Source of the DNA: Podarcis vaucheri
Lineage: Eukaryota
DNA: 64,000 bases
Assembly: GCA_965113315.1 (NCBI GenBank)
Contig: OZ220364.1
Direction: 5' to 3' (one strand)
Shown: positions 1-40,468 of the stretch, one piece after another
Numbering within the stretch: position 1 is the first letter of the stretch
Layout: every line of letters begins with the position of its first letter
Translations under genes and position numbers: made by a program
The notes under the pieces: generated by a model
Seen by the model: only the letters and a program-made list of their open reading frames with translations
Database searches by the model: none
What the model was told of the DNA's origin: nothing

Positions 1-162
1 GCCGCATGTTCTGGGGGCTGGGGTCGGGGAAGCTCGGGCTTCCCCCGCCCCAGCCCCGCGCCTGGGGGGGAAATAATTTTTTCCCTTTATTCCCCCCCCC
101 CCCCCAAAAAAAAATTAGGTGCATCCTATGGGCCGGTGCGTCCTATAGGGTGAAAAATACGG
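1..162. mobile_element. Tc1/mariner-pogo type MITE, one end (truncated by window)
   Basis: Ends ...gcgtcctatagggtgaaaaatacgg+TA, similar to the terminus of 59859-60098. Confidence 0.7.
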
Positions 163-1748
163 TAATAATTATTTGGACTCAGGAATTGGGTCTTGAGAAA
201 AACCCAGTTTTTAATGAGTTTAGAGGTAGAATTTGAAAATGTCTCATGGTGGAAAGTGGTGTGCATGTTTGGAGTAAAACAGATGTTTCTTCCAAAACAT
301 CTGCAGAACACCAGGATAGAAGAGACTGGTTTAATCTCAGGAGATTCCCAAGAAGTGGGGTTTCATCCTAGAAACTACCTACAACCTAAAGTTGGGTGGG
401 GGACACCATATGTCAAGGTCCTGCAAGGCAAAATAGGTTGCTGCTCCACAGCACTTGATAGTATTTAAAAAAAAAAAACTTCCAAGAGATTACTACCACA
501 TTGTTTATTATATACTTTATAAATGCTGCTGCTTTGAGGAAACTGGGAAATAAAATGCACCATCATTGCCCTCTAGCTGCTTCCCTCTTGCTGCTTTCAC
601 CCTTATCTTGTGGAGAGTTTAGGGAGTCAACCTTGAAGCATCAAGGATGCTGAGAAGAGTCCTCTTCCACTCTGAACTGTGTTTATTGCTTGCTTATTAA
701 TTTTTATTTGTGCTTACATATAAAGCCTGGGTTGTTTATCTGCAGTAATGAATTGCTGATATTGTATTATTTGAATTTATTAAACTTTACAAAACTAGTT
801 TCTCTTCCCACCATGTTTTGAATTCTGAAGAATTCTGTTGTTAGCTGCTTCAACTGCAGTTCGCTGTGGAAAGGTGGCATATCAACAGGAGAAAAGCTAC
901 AAGGGTAATCACACAGTAGTAATTCTGGAGTTTTATTCTTTAAACTGCCATCTGGGTTACCTTTCAAAGATGTTGAAAAGAGAAACACTTTGTGCCGTTA
1001 TGGATATTATTGAGAAATCCTCTTCACTGAACATTTCAATCCTCAAGTGGGGAACAGTGAAACAAAATAACAGTAAGATGATACAAAAAAAGCAATATAC
1101 AAAAACGGCAAAACCTATAAAAAAGTCCAGAAGTAACAATCAAATTAACAGCTCCATCGTAAAGCAAAACAAGAGTTAAGAGTTTGCATTTTAACAAAAT
1201 ACCTAGGTAAGGAAAATACGGCATTTAACCACAGGTGTCTGCAGGAATAAAACACCAAAAAGGGAAGCAGCCCAATTTCTAAAAAAGAAAAGGATTATTA
1301 GAGTATGTACATCGTGTTTTAGGTTCTACAAATGCTAGCAGCTCTCTTTAAAAAAGCAAGCAAGCGGAGGGGGGGGTGGTCTGCAGATTGTGATTCGCTG
1401 AAGAGCTCCCCCCTTCCCCTGTGGACCATCATTAAAGGAAGCAAATGGCCTTAGCAACAGTTCTCACCTCCTCTGTCAGCTAGTGCACCCGAATCACCTC
1501 TCCTCAAGAAGGCCTCACTCTGTGGTTTGTGAACAACTGAATACCTTTCACCTTTAAAACCTGTGCAAGTTCTCACTCAACAATATGAAGCACATTGTGT
1601 CAGAAGTAGCTGCCAACCTGGGAGAGGCAGACACTAGGAGTGAGTCTAGCAGATAAGTAGTAAAATATTAGGCTCCTTCACCCTTTCCCTTAACAAAAAC
1701 ACATACTGTACTGTAGTTCCTGCCATTTGAACCTAGGCTGCCCACCCC

Positions 1749-2491
1749 AGGTAAAAGTAAAGGGACCCCTGACCATTAGGTCCAGTCGTGGCCGACTCTG
1801 GGGTTGCGGCGCTCATCTCACTTTATTGGCCGAGGGAGCCGGCGTACAGCTTCCAGGTCATGTGGCCAGCATGACTAAGCCTCTTGTGGCGAACCAAACG
1901 CCGTTTACCTTCCCGCCGGAGCGGTACCTATTTATCTACTTGCCCTTTGACGTGCTTTCAAATTGCTAGGTTGGCAGTAGCAGGGACTGAGCAACAGGAG
2001 CTCACCCCGTCGCGGGGATTCGAACCGCCGACCTTCTGATTGGCAAGTCCTAGGCTCTGTGGTTTAATAATAATAATAATAATAATTTATTATTTATACC
2101 CCCCCCCCAATCTGGCTTAGTTTCCCCAGCCACTCTGGGCGGCTTCCAATCAAGTGTTAAAAACAATACAGCATTAAATATTAAAAACTTCCCTAAACAG
2201 GGCTGCCTTCAGATGTCTTTTAAAGAGAAGATAGCTGCTTATTTCCTTGACATCTGATGGGAGGGCGTTCCACAGGGCGGGCGCCACTACCGATAAGGCC
2301 CTCTGCCTGGTTCCCTGTAACTTCACTTCTTGCAATGAGGGAACCGGCAGAAGGCCCTCGGCGCTGGATCTGTGTCCTGGCTGAATGATGGGGGTGGAGA
2401 CGCTCCTTCAGGTATACAGGACCGAGGCCGTTTAGGGCTTTAAAGGTCAGCATCAACACTGTGGGTTTAACCCACAATGCCACCTGTGTCC
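1749..2491 (-). mobile_element. Sauria SINE split by an L2 insertion
   Basis: aggtaaa tail, gggattcgaacc B-box; body 1749-2067 resumes at 2459-2491. Confidence 0.9.
2068..2458 (-). mobile_element. L2-clade LINE 3' fragment with (TAT)n tail
   Basis: Encodes LTFKALNGLGPVYLKERLHPH; near-identical to 51028-51490. Confidence 0.88.
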
Positions 2492-2638
2492 GCCCAGCCC
2501 AGGCAAAGGGGTATAAAACAAGAGGGCCATAACTATCTCCCCATATGCTTGGTTGCGGCCATGGGCATCGCCAAGATTTTTTGGGGGTGGGGGTGTAGTT
2601 ATCTACGATGCAAATTGTCATTTATTTACTTTATTTAG

Positions 2639-32673
<30,035 letters not shown>

Positions 32674-33411
32674 AAAGAAGAGCAAAGGGGCATTCAGTGC
32701 ACAAACAATGAAGTGACATTTTAAGATGCATGAACTCTTATAAGGAATTTAATAAGACACACAGGCTCCTAACAGGCACTGCTGGAAACAGGATTTCAAC
32801 AATATGGTTCCTTTTGAGTTGATTATGCAAGTACTACATGTATATCAGTTCTAGTGGTGTAATGACAATACTCAAAGTTTGAGCATGAAGAGCAATACAA
32901 TTTTTGGGAATTTTAATTATGAACTGTACTGAATTTACATAACTTGAGTATATGTAAACCAGTTTTTATATAAAGATTTTTTTTAATTATTATTTTTTTT
33001 TGCATCTGTACTGGCTGTCTTTCCTACCATGGAGTTGAAAATTAGGGAAAGAGATTCGGACAGTTTATGCTTTGTACTTAGAAATTCCTTAGGTTAACTT
33101 TTTTTGTGGCAAATAACACACCATTTAAAGTTTACCTTGATCTTATAGGTGTCAAACTACAGATTGCAAATTTCTAAACACTTTTTAAACATTCAGCTGT
33201 AACATAGCACTTCTTTGCCTGAAACCTTTTTTGGAAAAAAAAACAACAACCTCTGCTTTTCTCATTACAAACACAGGGGAAGTACCATATTAATTCTGTC
33301 AGTAGTCCGAACGAATCTGTAGATAACAAGGTGTACTAGATCAAAGCCTTAACCTAATCAAGCATAACTGTTGAGAGTTGTTTAATAGAATGCTTTGTTT
33401 AACACCTAGAG

Positions 33412-33447
33412 ATCACTTCTCGGCCTTTTGGCTAAGAGATCAAGTGT
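33412..33447 (+). pseudogene. 3'-truncated (tailless) U2 snRNA retropseudogene, U2 nt 1-34
   Basis: atcacttctcggccttttggctaagagatcaagtgt vs U2 ATCGCTTCTCGGCCTTTTGGCTAAGATCAAGTGT; TSD taacacctagag (33400-33411) / taacacctggag (33448-33459). Confidence 0.92.
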
Positions 33448-34404
33448 TAACACCTGGAGGCCATGGTAGGCAGTGCCTGGATACGTACCTATTTTGCCTA
33501 TATACAGACTGTAAGATCGAAGCATGGCGTTAAAGAGAATTTTTGGTTGCTAGTTTTGAAGGGGAAATGCACTGTAAAATTAGGCCAGAAAATGTGTTGC
33601 ACTTCTTATGCAAGTACTCTGTGATGTATTGCATTCAATACAGATGCTAACCTGTGCAGTCTTGCACTGCTAACACATTTTATGCACATGTTTACAGATT
33701 TTCTTTTTTCCAATGGAAAGTAGCTTCACTACTGGTACAGTATCAGCTTCAAGGGTTTATTCCAGCAAGCACTGTAGTTGAGTGGCATCGCCTCATTTTT
33801 TAAAAAATTCTTGAATAGTTCATTTTTTCATATTCTTTATTTATAAAGGATTGATTATGTAAATACAGGTGTTTCTAATTTTTTATTTCATTCCACCACC
33901 ACAAGAAGGCAGATCCCTGTTGGTTTTTGTTTTTTGTTTGGGGTGGGGGTGGGGGTAAGCTTTGTAATGGGTTTTTTTTCCAGAAATTTATAAAACTGTA
34001 AATACTGACTTTGGTCCCTAAAGATGTGTTTAACTGTGAGACTATTTAACTAATGGTGTGGATGTGATTTGTCATCCAGTATTAAGTTCTTGGTCACAGA
34101 TTTGTGTCAATAGGAAAGAGGGAGACTGCAGCTTTCTTTAGACTTCTCGAATTTCCTGCTCTTGAGTTGTAGCAAACTCTTATTACACCTTTGAATAGCC
34201 GGTCAAGCATTTCTCTTGGGCTTTAATTTGCTAAAGCTGTGCACATATGTAAAAAAATATATTTTAGGAGAGACGTAGTTGTAGAACTATTGCTTATGTC
34301 ACTTCTTAAGCAGCCGCGCTCTTAATGCTTAAAAGGAGGCTAGCATTGTTTGCACAAAAAAGTTGGTGACCCCTCCCAAAATAGTAATGAAATTACTTCT
34401 GTCC

Positions 34405-34596
34405 AATAAACTTTGTATGTCATGTCAATTTATAATAAAAGCTGAGAATCCCTTTGTTTCTATTTATAATAAAGATGGATTTTCTATATGTACCCTTAAT
34501 GAGACTTTCAATAAATCATGTAAACTGGGTGAACATTTGAATGGTACAGTAGATATAAAAGAAGTGTTTAATGGACCTTTTTGTTTTTACATTAAA
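34405..34596 (+). terminator. Cluster of polyadenylation signals for SUZ12
   Basis: AATAAA at 34405, 34434, 34468, 34510 and ATTAAA at 34591, followed by GT/T-rich sequence. Confidence 0.65.
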
Positions 34597-34689
34597 TGTT
34601 TATTTGAAATTGGATTTTGTACATAAAGTTCAATAATATAAAATCTTCTGAGGTGTGCTATTGCTTTTTTAAAGGTGCAACCAGGTAAG

Positions 34690-34746
<57 letters not shown>
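34690..34746. repeat. (GT)n(GA)n compound microsatellite
   Basis: Direct reading. Confidence 0.95.
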
Positions 34747-34748
<2 letters not shown>

Positions 34749-35778
34749 ATTCTGACTTGGAACCAGGCATATCGAATTTTTGAATTTGGAACAGGTATTG
34801 TGATCTGCAGCCTGATATGGACAGTTCTCTATGCATTAATTTGTGCATTATATGTTTCTTGAAATGTAGTAACTTCTGTTTATTTTCCCTTTTTACCTGC
34901 TTGAAATGAGGACTGTATCTCTTGAGCCTGAAATCCTTTAGTCATGGCACATGCTCTGGTTATCTTCCACTTGCACTACTGCAATGCGCTCTACGTGGGT
35001 TTACCTTTGAAGCTGCCTTGGAAACTATAACTAATCCAGAATGCGGCTGCTAGATTGGTGACTAAATCAAAATGGGTCAAATAAAAATTGATTCATGACA
35101 CCTCTATTTTTTTCTCTCCCTTTGAGTGTGCAGTATTTAAATGTCTCCAGCACTCTAAATACTAATTGGAACATGTAGGAGGCTGTTGAGATGGAGAAAT
35201 ATTCAAAAAGTGGCACCTTTTTCTCTTATGGGAGGAGAAGGAACATTGTCACAGTCCCCCACCTTAGACATATACACGCTCCAGGCAAAAGAATTAATGA
35301 TGTATCAAAACCAGGCCAATTTCTGCTAAGGAAGGGCTTCTCAAGCTATTGGATGCGGTAGTCTGGCAACTCCCCTCCCCCAATACCGTATTTTGTCCCT
35401 GAGGGGTCCCACCTGGTCTGGGATGTGGTGGAGTCACTGTCAAGTAGGAGCTGATGACATTCAGGCAGGCAGTGGTCTGTGGGCCACCACTTTTGAGTAG
35501 CATTGTGGTAAACCACACTGGGTGTAACCTTACCCACTTTGTTTTTCAGGAGGATAAAAAGGAAATTATGTTGAGAAGGAGTAGGGAAGCCATGTTTGCC
35601 ACCTTTAGGTCTTTTGTAGAAAAGGTGGGATGAATATAGTAAGGTAATGGTAAGGCAAAGGACCCCTACACGGTTAAGTCCAGTCAATGACAGCTATGGG
35701 GTATCATTCTAAAATGGCTGATCTGAAATATTCTCAAATTAATCCATGTTGTGCTCAAGATGTCAAATTGTTTAAAAA

Positions 35779-36145
35779 AGTAAAGGAGCCCTGGATGGTT
35801 AAGTCCAGTCAAAAGTGACTAGGGGGTGTGGTGCTCATCTTGCTTCAGGCCGAGGGAGCCGGCGTTTGTCCACAGACAACTTTCCGGGTCATGTGGCCAG
35901 TATGACTAAACCACTTCTGGCACAATGGAACACAGAGATGGAAGCCAGAGCGCATGGAAATACCGTTTACCTTCCCACTACAGTGGTACCTATTTATCTA
36001 CTTGCACTGGCATGCTTTCAAACTGCTAGGTTGGCAGGAGTTGGGACAGAGCAATGGGAGCTCACCCCGACGTGGGGATTCGAACCGCCGACCTTCCGAT
36101 CGGCAAGCCCAAGAGGCTCAGTGGTTTAGACCACAGCGCCACCAG
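35779..36145 (-). mobile_element. Sauria SINE
   Basis: Matches other copies; B-box gggattcgaacc. Confidence 0.88.
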
Positions 36146-36199
36146 TGTATAGTGAGTCAATATTAATGGAATAACACTAGTCAAGCGGATGGACAAACT

Positions 36200-36205
36200 T
36201 TTATT
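36200..36205 (-). terminator. Candidate distal CRLF3 poly(A) signal (AATAAA on - strand)
   Basis: tttatt at the edge of a unique AU-rich block; second candidate at 36489-36494; implies a ~4 kb 3'UTR. Confidence 0.45.
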
Positions 36206-37020
36206 AAAAAGTCATAATACAAAGTACGTATGCTGAGGTAAATAGATACAAGTTTTATAAACACATTCCCTTCCCAACATTGTCTCCAAGTTTTACCTTA
36301 ACACTGTATGGGTAAAATGTCTTCCAAAGGACCAAATACTTGTAAGGTATTGTTAAAGTACAAAAATATTGCAAATGTATTGGGAATCTTTCCCTTTTAC
36401 ATATATTTTTCACTAGCGAAGCAGTTTATCACTGGTCAATTGCTAGGTGCCTTTAATCTCCATCGAGCCTTTCGGTCCTCGTATCACCTTTATTGGTAAG
36501 CTTTCAAACCAATATTTTGCACAGTGCTGCTGTTCCCAAATACAACTCATTCACACATGCTCTCTTCCCCACCACAAAGGATTATCAATCCCAGGTAACC
36601 CCCCCCCCCCCAATATGTGACGAGTCAGTCAATGGAGGAAAGGCATTCGGGCTAAATGAAAGCACCAGAACTGGTAAAACATTTATTTATGGGGCCAATG
36701 GCTAGCTTGCCCTTTGCCTTTTCGTCATTTGGGAAAACAGGGTTGGAAACTACTGTTGCAGGAGTGAAGCTAAGCAACTTCAGCCACCCAGTTCTATCTA
36801 CAAGTTTTCTATGAACCAAGCACTGCATGCATGGACTTCTCAACTCCCGTCAGCCCCAGGCAGCACAGGCAGCGGTCAGGAATGATGGGAGCTGTAGTCC
36901 CAACAGCATATGGCAGGCCACAATTTCCCCCATATGTGTTCCTTTGTGGAAGGCAGCACAGCCTCCTCCTGGTCAGAGGCACATTTACAAGCTCCAGTTC
37001 ATCTATAACCCATTCTAGTG

Positions 37021-37155
37021 CAGCGGTTCTCAACCTGTGGGTCCCCAGATGTTAGACTACAACTCCCATCATCCCTGAGCTCTGGCCTTGCTAGCTAGGG
37101 GTGATGGGAGTTGTAGTCCAACAACATCTGGGGACCCACAGGTTGAGAAAGGCTG
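37021..37155. mobile_element. Palindromic hAT-type MITE
   Basis: cagcggttctcaacctgtgg...ccacaggttgagaaaggctg. Confidence 0.85.
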
Positions 37156-39149
37156 TTCGAGAGGGAGGAAGAGGATTCCCACCCTCCAGTGTATATATCT
37201 CATGTACACACACTTGACAGCTAAATGTGAATTGCGTCTTTGCTGGTACATTTTTCTACGTAACAGCAGGGTGACATCCGACAGCATTGGCCTGATCATC
37301 CAATGCGTCCTCAAAATCTTATGGGAGGTTTAGGAAACAGATCTGGAGGGGAAGGCGAGTTAGCCACCTTTAACATCTCATACAATGTTGTTGTTTGCTC
37401 CATTTCAAGTTTGCAGAGCTCTGCTTGCTTACATTAGATTTTACTATATTGCCTAATTCTTAGAATTGCTCTAATTGTAGCTCATGCCTTAATTGTGATT
37501 CCTGCGTTGCGGAGAGTTGGACTAGATGATCCTCGGGGAGCGGGGTCCCTCCCAATTCTACGATGCCACCAGCGTTAACATGAGCAAGGCAGGCTGCTTG
37601 CCTGAGTGCAAGGGAAATATACTGGCATGTGGCACAAGAGAACACGACAAACCCCAGCTTTTTACTTTGAGGCCAAGGGAGTGTCAGGGGGAGCCTTTCG
37701 CTTGCAAAATGTCAACAGCCTCTGTTCCGCAGAGCTGTTGGGCTACAGAGAAGGTGGGTGAACCTTTAGCCCTCTGAACTAAAACTCCCATCATTCCGGG
37801 ACATTGGCTATGCTTGCTATTGCTGATGGGTGTTGTCGTTAGCAACATTTGGAGGGGCAAAGATTCCCCACTGGTAATTGCCTTAAGGCTACAGGACAAG
37901 GGAGAGGCCCTAACTTGGTGCAGCAAGGAGATATTGCGACCCTCTTAGGCTCCAGTTTAAGGTCACTGGAGCTCTTGTGCCAGCACCCGAGGTCTCGGCA
38001 TCAACGCAGCCCTAGAGCAGCTGGGATATGCAGAAAGGTGTTTTCCTGTTTTTCATCAACAACGTCTTACTTTGTCCCTAACAGGATGCTGTGGTAAGCA
38101 GCCTCTGGCTGGCACTGAACAGCTACAGTTTGTGACAGGACATGTCTGCAAGTAATACTGGTCTGTACTGTATTTTAAACATGAAAAAAGGGCATTTCAC
38201 GTCACTTGCGCGGTTGAATTTGCCTAAACAAAGGGTGGAGGGGGGGAGAGAAACCTTTGGCCTTCCAGAGCTTCCTAAATTAGAAGCCACATCAGTCCCA
38301 GCAAGTATGGCCAATGACCAAGGCTAGTGAGGGTTGTAACATCTGGAGGGTCACACCTGGCCTAAACTATCATTAGACCAGGTGCTGTTGGGACTACAAC
38401 TTCCGCCATCTCTAGCTAGCAGAAGCAATGCTCAGAGATTATGGAAATTGTCCAAAAACAGCTGGAGACCCAAGTTTGGGAAACCCTGATTGAGTGCACA
38501 ACTGTGCCACACAGCAGTTATTCCCTCTTAATATCACTACCCTGTCTATGCACTGACCTTGTTACATCAGCAAAATAATAAAATCCCTGATAGATGATGC
38601 ATTTACAGACACCTTTGTCTACATGGTACCTTAACTTCAGCATCATTCATGTAGCACGCTATCCTAAGTAAGTTATTGCAGAGTTGTTCTTTGAACTCAC
38701 GGATGGGTAAGAAAGGGCAAAGCAACGATGTATAAGAATGCTGGTTAATTCTGACTGCCACCTACTATAGATTCCCACCCACCCACCCACCCACCCACAA
38801 ATGCTCAGAAGTTCTACAAAACCTCCTTACAGAATGAGGGTAGCCTAATTCTTTCAGCAGAAGGACACCGTTGAGGTCAACCCACTGACAGCCATGTGCC
38901 AGAAGTGGCCAACACAGTCACTAGCCATATATCAGACACACCCTCCCCTTCTGCTGATTAGCAGAAAAACAGGGCGGGGAGGGAGAGACAGAGATCTTTT
39001 CAATAGCATTTTTCCTGATGGGAGTACTGGGCTAGGAGAGGAACATCTCCTATATCAGGACTTCTTCTTTTCCCTTGTAAAAAATCTCTTCTTCCTTTTG
39101 GGAGCCACCACTGCAAGAAATGGTGTGTTCCCTCTCAGAGCCTCTAGAT

Positions 39150-39284
39150 CAACCGTTCTCAACCTGTGGGTCCCCAGATGTTGGACTACAACTCCCATCA
39201 TCCCTAAGCTCTGGCCTGGCTAGCTAGGGATTGTGGGAGTTGTAGTCCAACAACATCTGAGGATTCACCGGTTGAGAACCACTA
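39150..39284. mobile_element. Palindromic hAT-type MITE
   Basis: Same family as 37021; perfect 8-bp TSD ctctagat. Confidence 0.9.
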
Positions 39285-40208
39285 CTCTAGATCTTCCTGC
39301 AATGGTACCTTAGCCAGAGGGAAAAGAGACACTTTTCGAAGGTAACCAAAATTTCCTGATCTTAACAGGCTGCTACTACAACATGGCTTCCTGGGCAGGA
39401 TCTGCCCTACAGGCTGGCCTCCCCTACTGTAGAATTTCCCCTGGGAACATGTGATGTCATCTTGGTAGAGGCACTTTCTGAAGCAGGAGGTAATAATAAA
39501 GCCCAAGTTAAATATCAGCCGTTCAATGGCACTCAATTGGGCACCGCATGTTCACTGTTGGAAAGCTTATCTCTCCGTCCTGTACAATACTTTTGAATAA
39601 AAGCCAAGGCACATAGGTAAAGAGATGAGACCGAGGTACTGAATGTGGGGAAACAAATACTTCAGCTTGCTGCAGTAAATGGGGGAGCAGGATTCAATAA
39701 ACACTAATGCCTGGTATTCAACTGACAAAAATGAAGCATTTGCTGAGTGTCTGCCCAGCAGCAGTTTACAGTACCGTACTCTGATGAATAGGATAAGCAT
39801 ACAAGGAACTTTGGTCCATAAACCCTGAGCCAAAAGAACAGCACTTTAGCAAAATTGGGCTGTTCATTAAGCGTAACCACACAGACAGGAGCACAGCTGG
39901 CTTTTCCTCCCTTAAAATTAATAATAATAAAAATAATAGTAATACAAATTTGATAGCAACAGTGAAGGCTTACTCCCCACCCCCACCCCAGATTACTTAA
40001 ACACACCATCAGTATTTTAAACTGTATACAGTAAATAGTTCAAGTAATGTTTATCACATCGGCAGGTTGCGTTAAGAGGGCTCCCTCCTGCACAGACTCA
40101 CACCAGTGTACTCAGAGCCTGCACTAGTTAATCGCTGTATCACCAAGTCCAACCACTGGAGGAATGATACAGTTTAAAACAATTGGCATCATTTCAGAGG
40201 TGGAGAAG

Positions 40209-40468
40209 TTAGAACACCAGCACCTTCCAGCCTGGATAGGAGAACGAACACCCAAAATAAAGAGAACCGCAGGACTGATCAAGTACCCAGTCAAAGACCA
40301 CTTCCCTGTTGTTGGAGCCAATTGTCACTCTGAGTTTGAAGTTCCCCCCTTCATTATTATTATTGGAAGGGCCTAAATTCACAGCTTCTATGTCAAATGT
40401 CACAGCTGATCCTGAAGTAACCGCAGGCAACTGGTTTGTCATCTCTTTTCCGTTTACAAAGACAGCAC
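40209..40468 (-). CDS. CRLF3: CRLF3 exon 8 coding part to TAA
   Basis: ttccag| (G)AVFVNGKEMTNQLPAVTSGS...GWKVLVF*. Confidence 0.96.

Larger units (their letters stand above)
32674..34640 (+). other. SUZ12: SUZ12 3'UTR
   Basis: AU-rich, almost repeat-free stretch after the stop, ending in a cluster of poly(A) signals; 3' end approximate. Confidence 0.75.
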
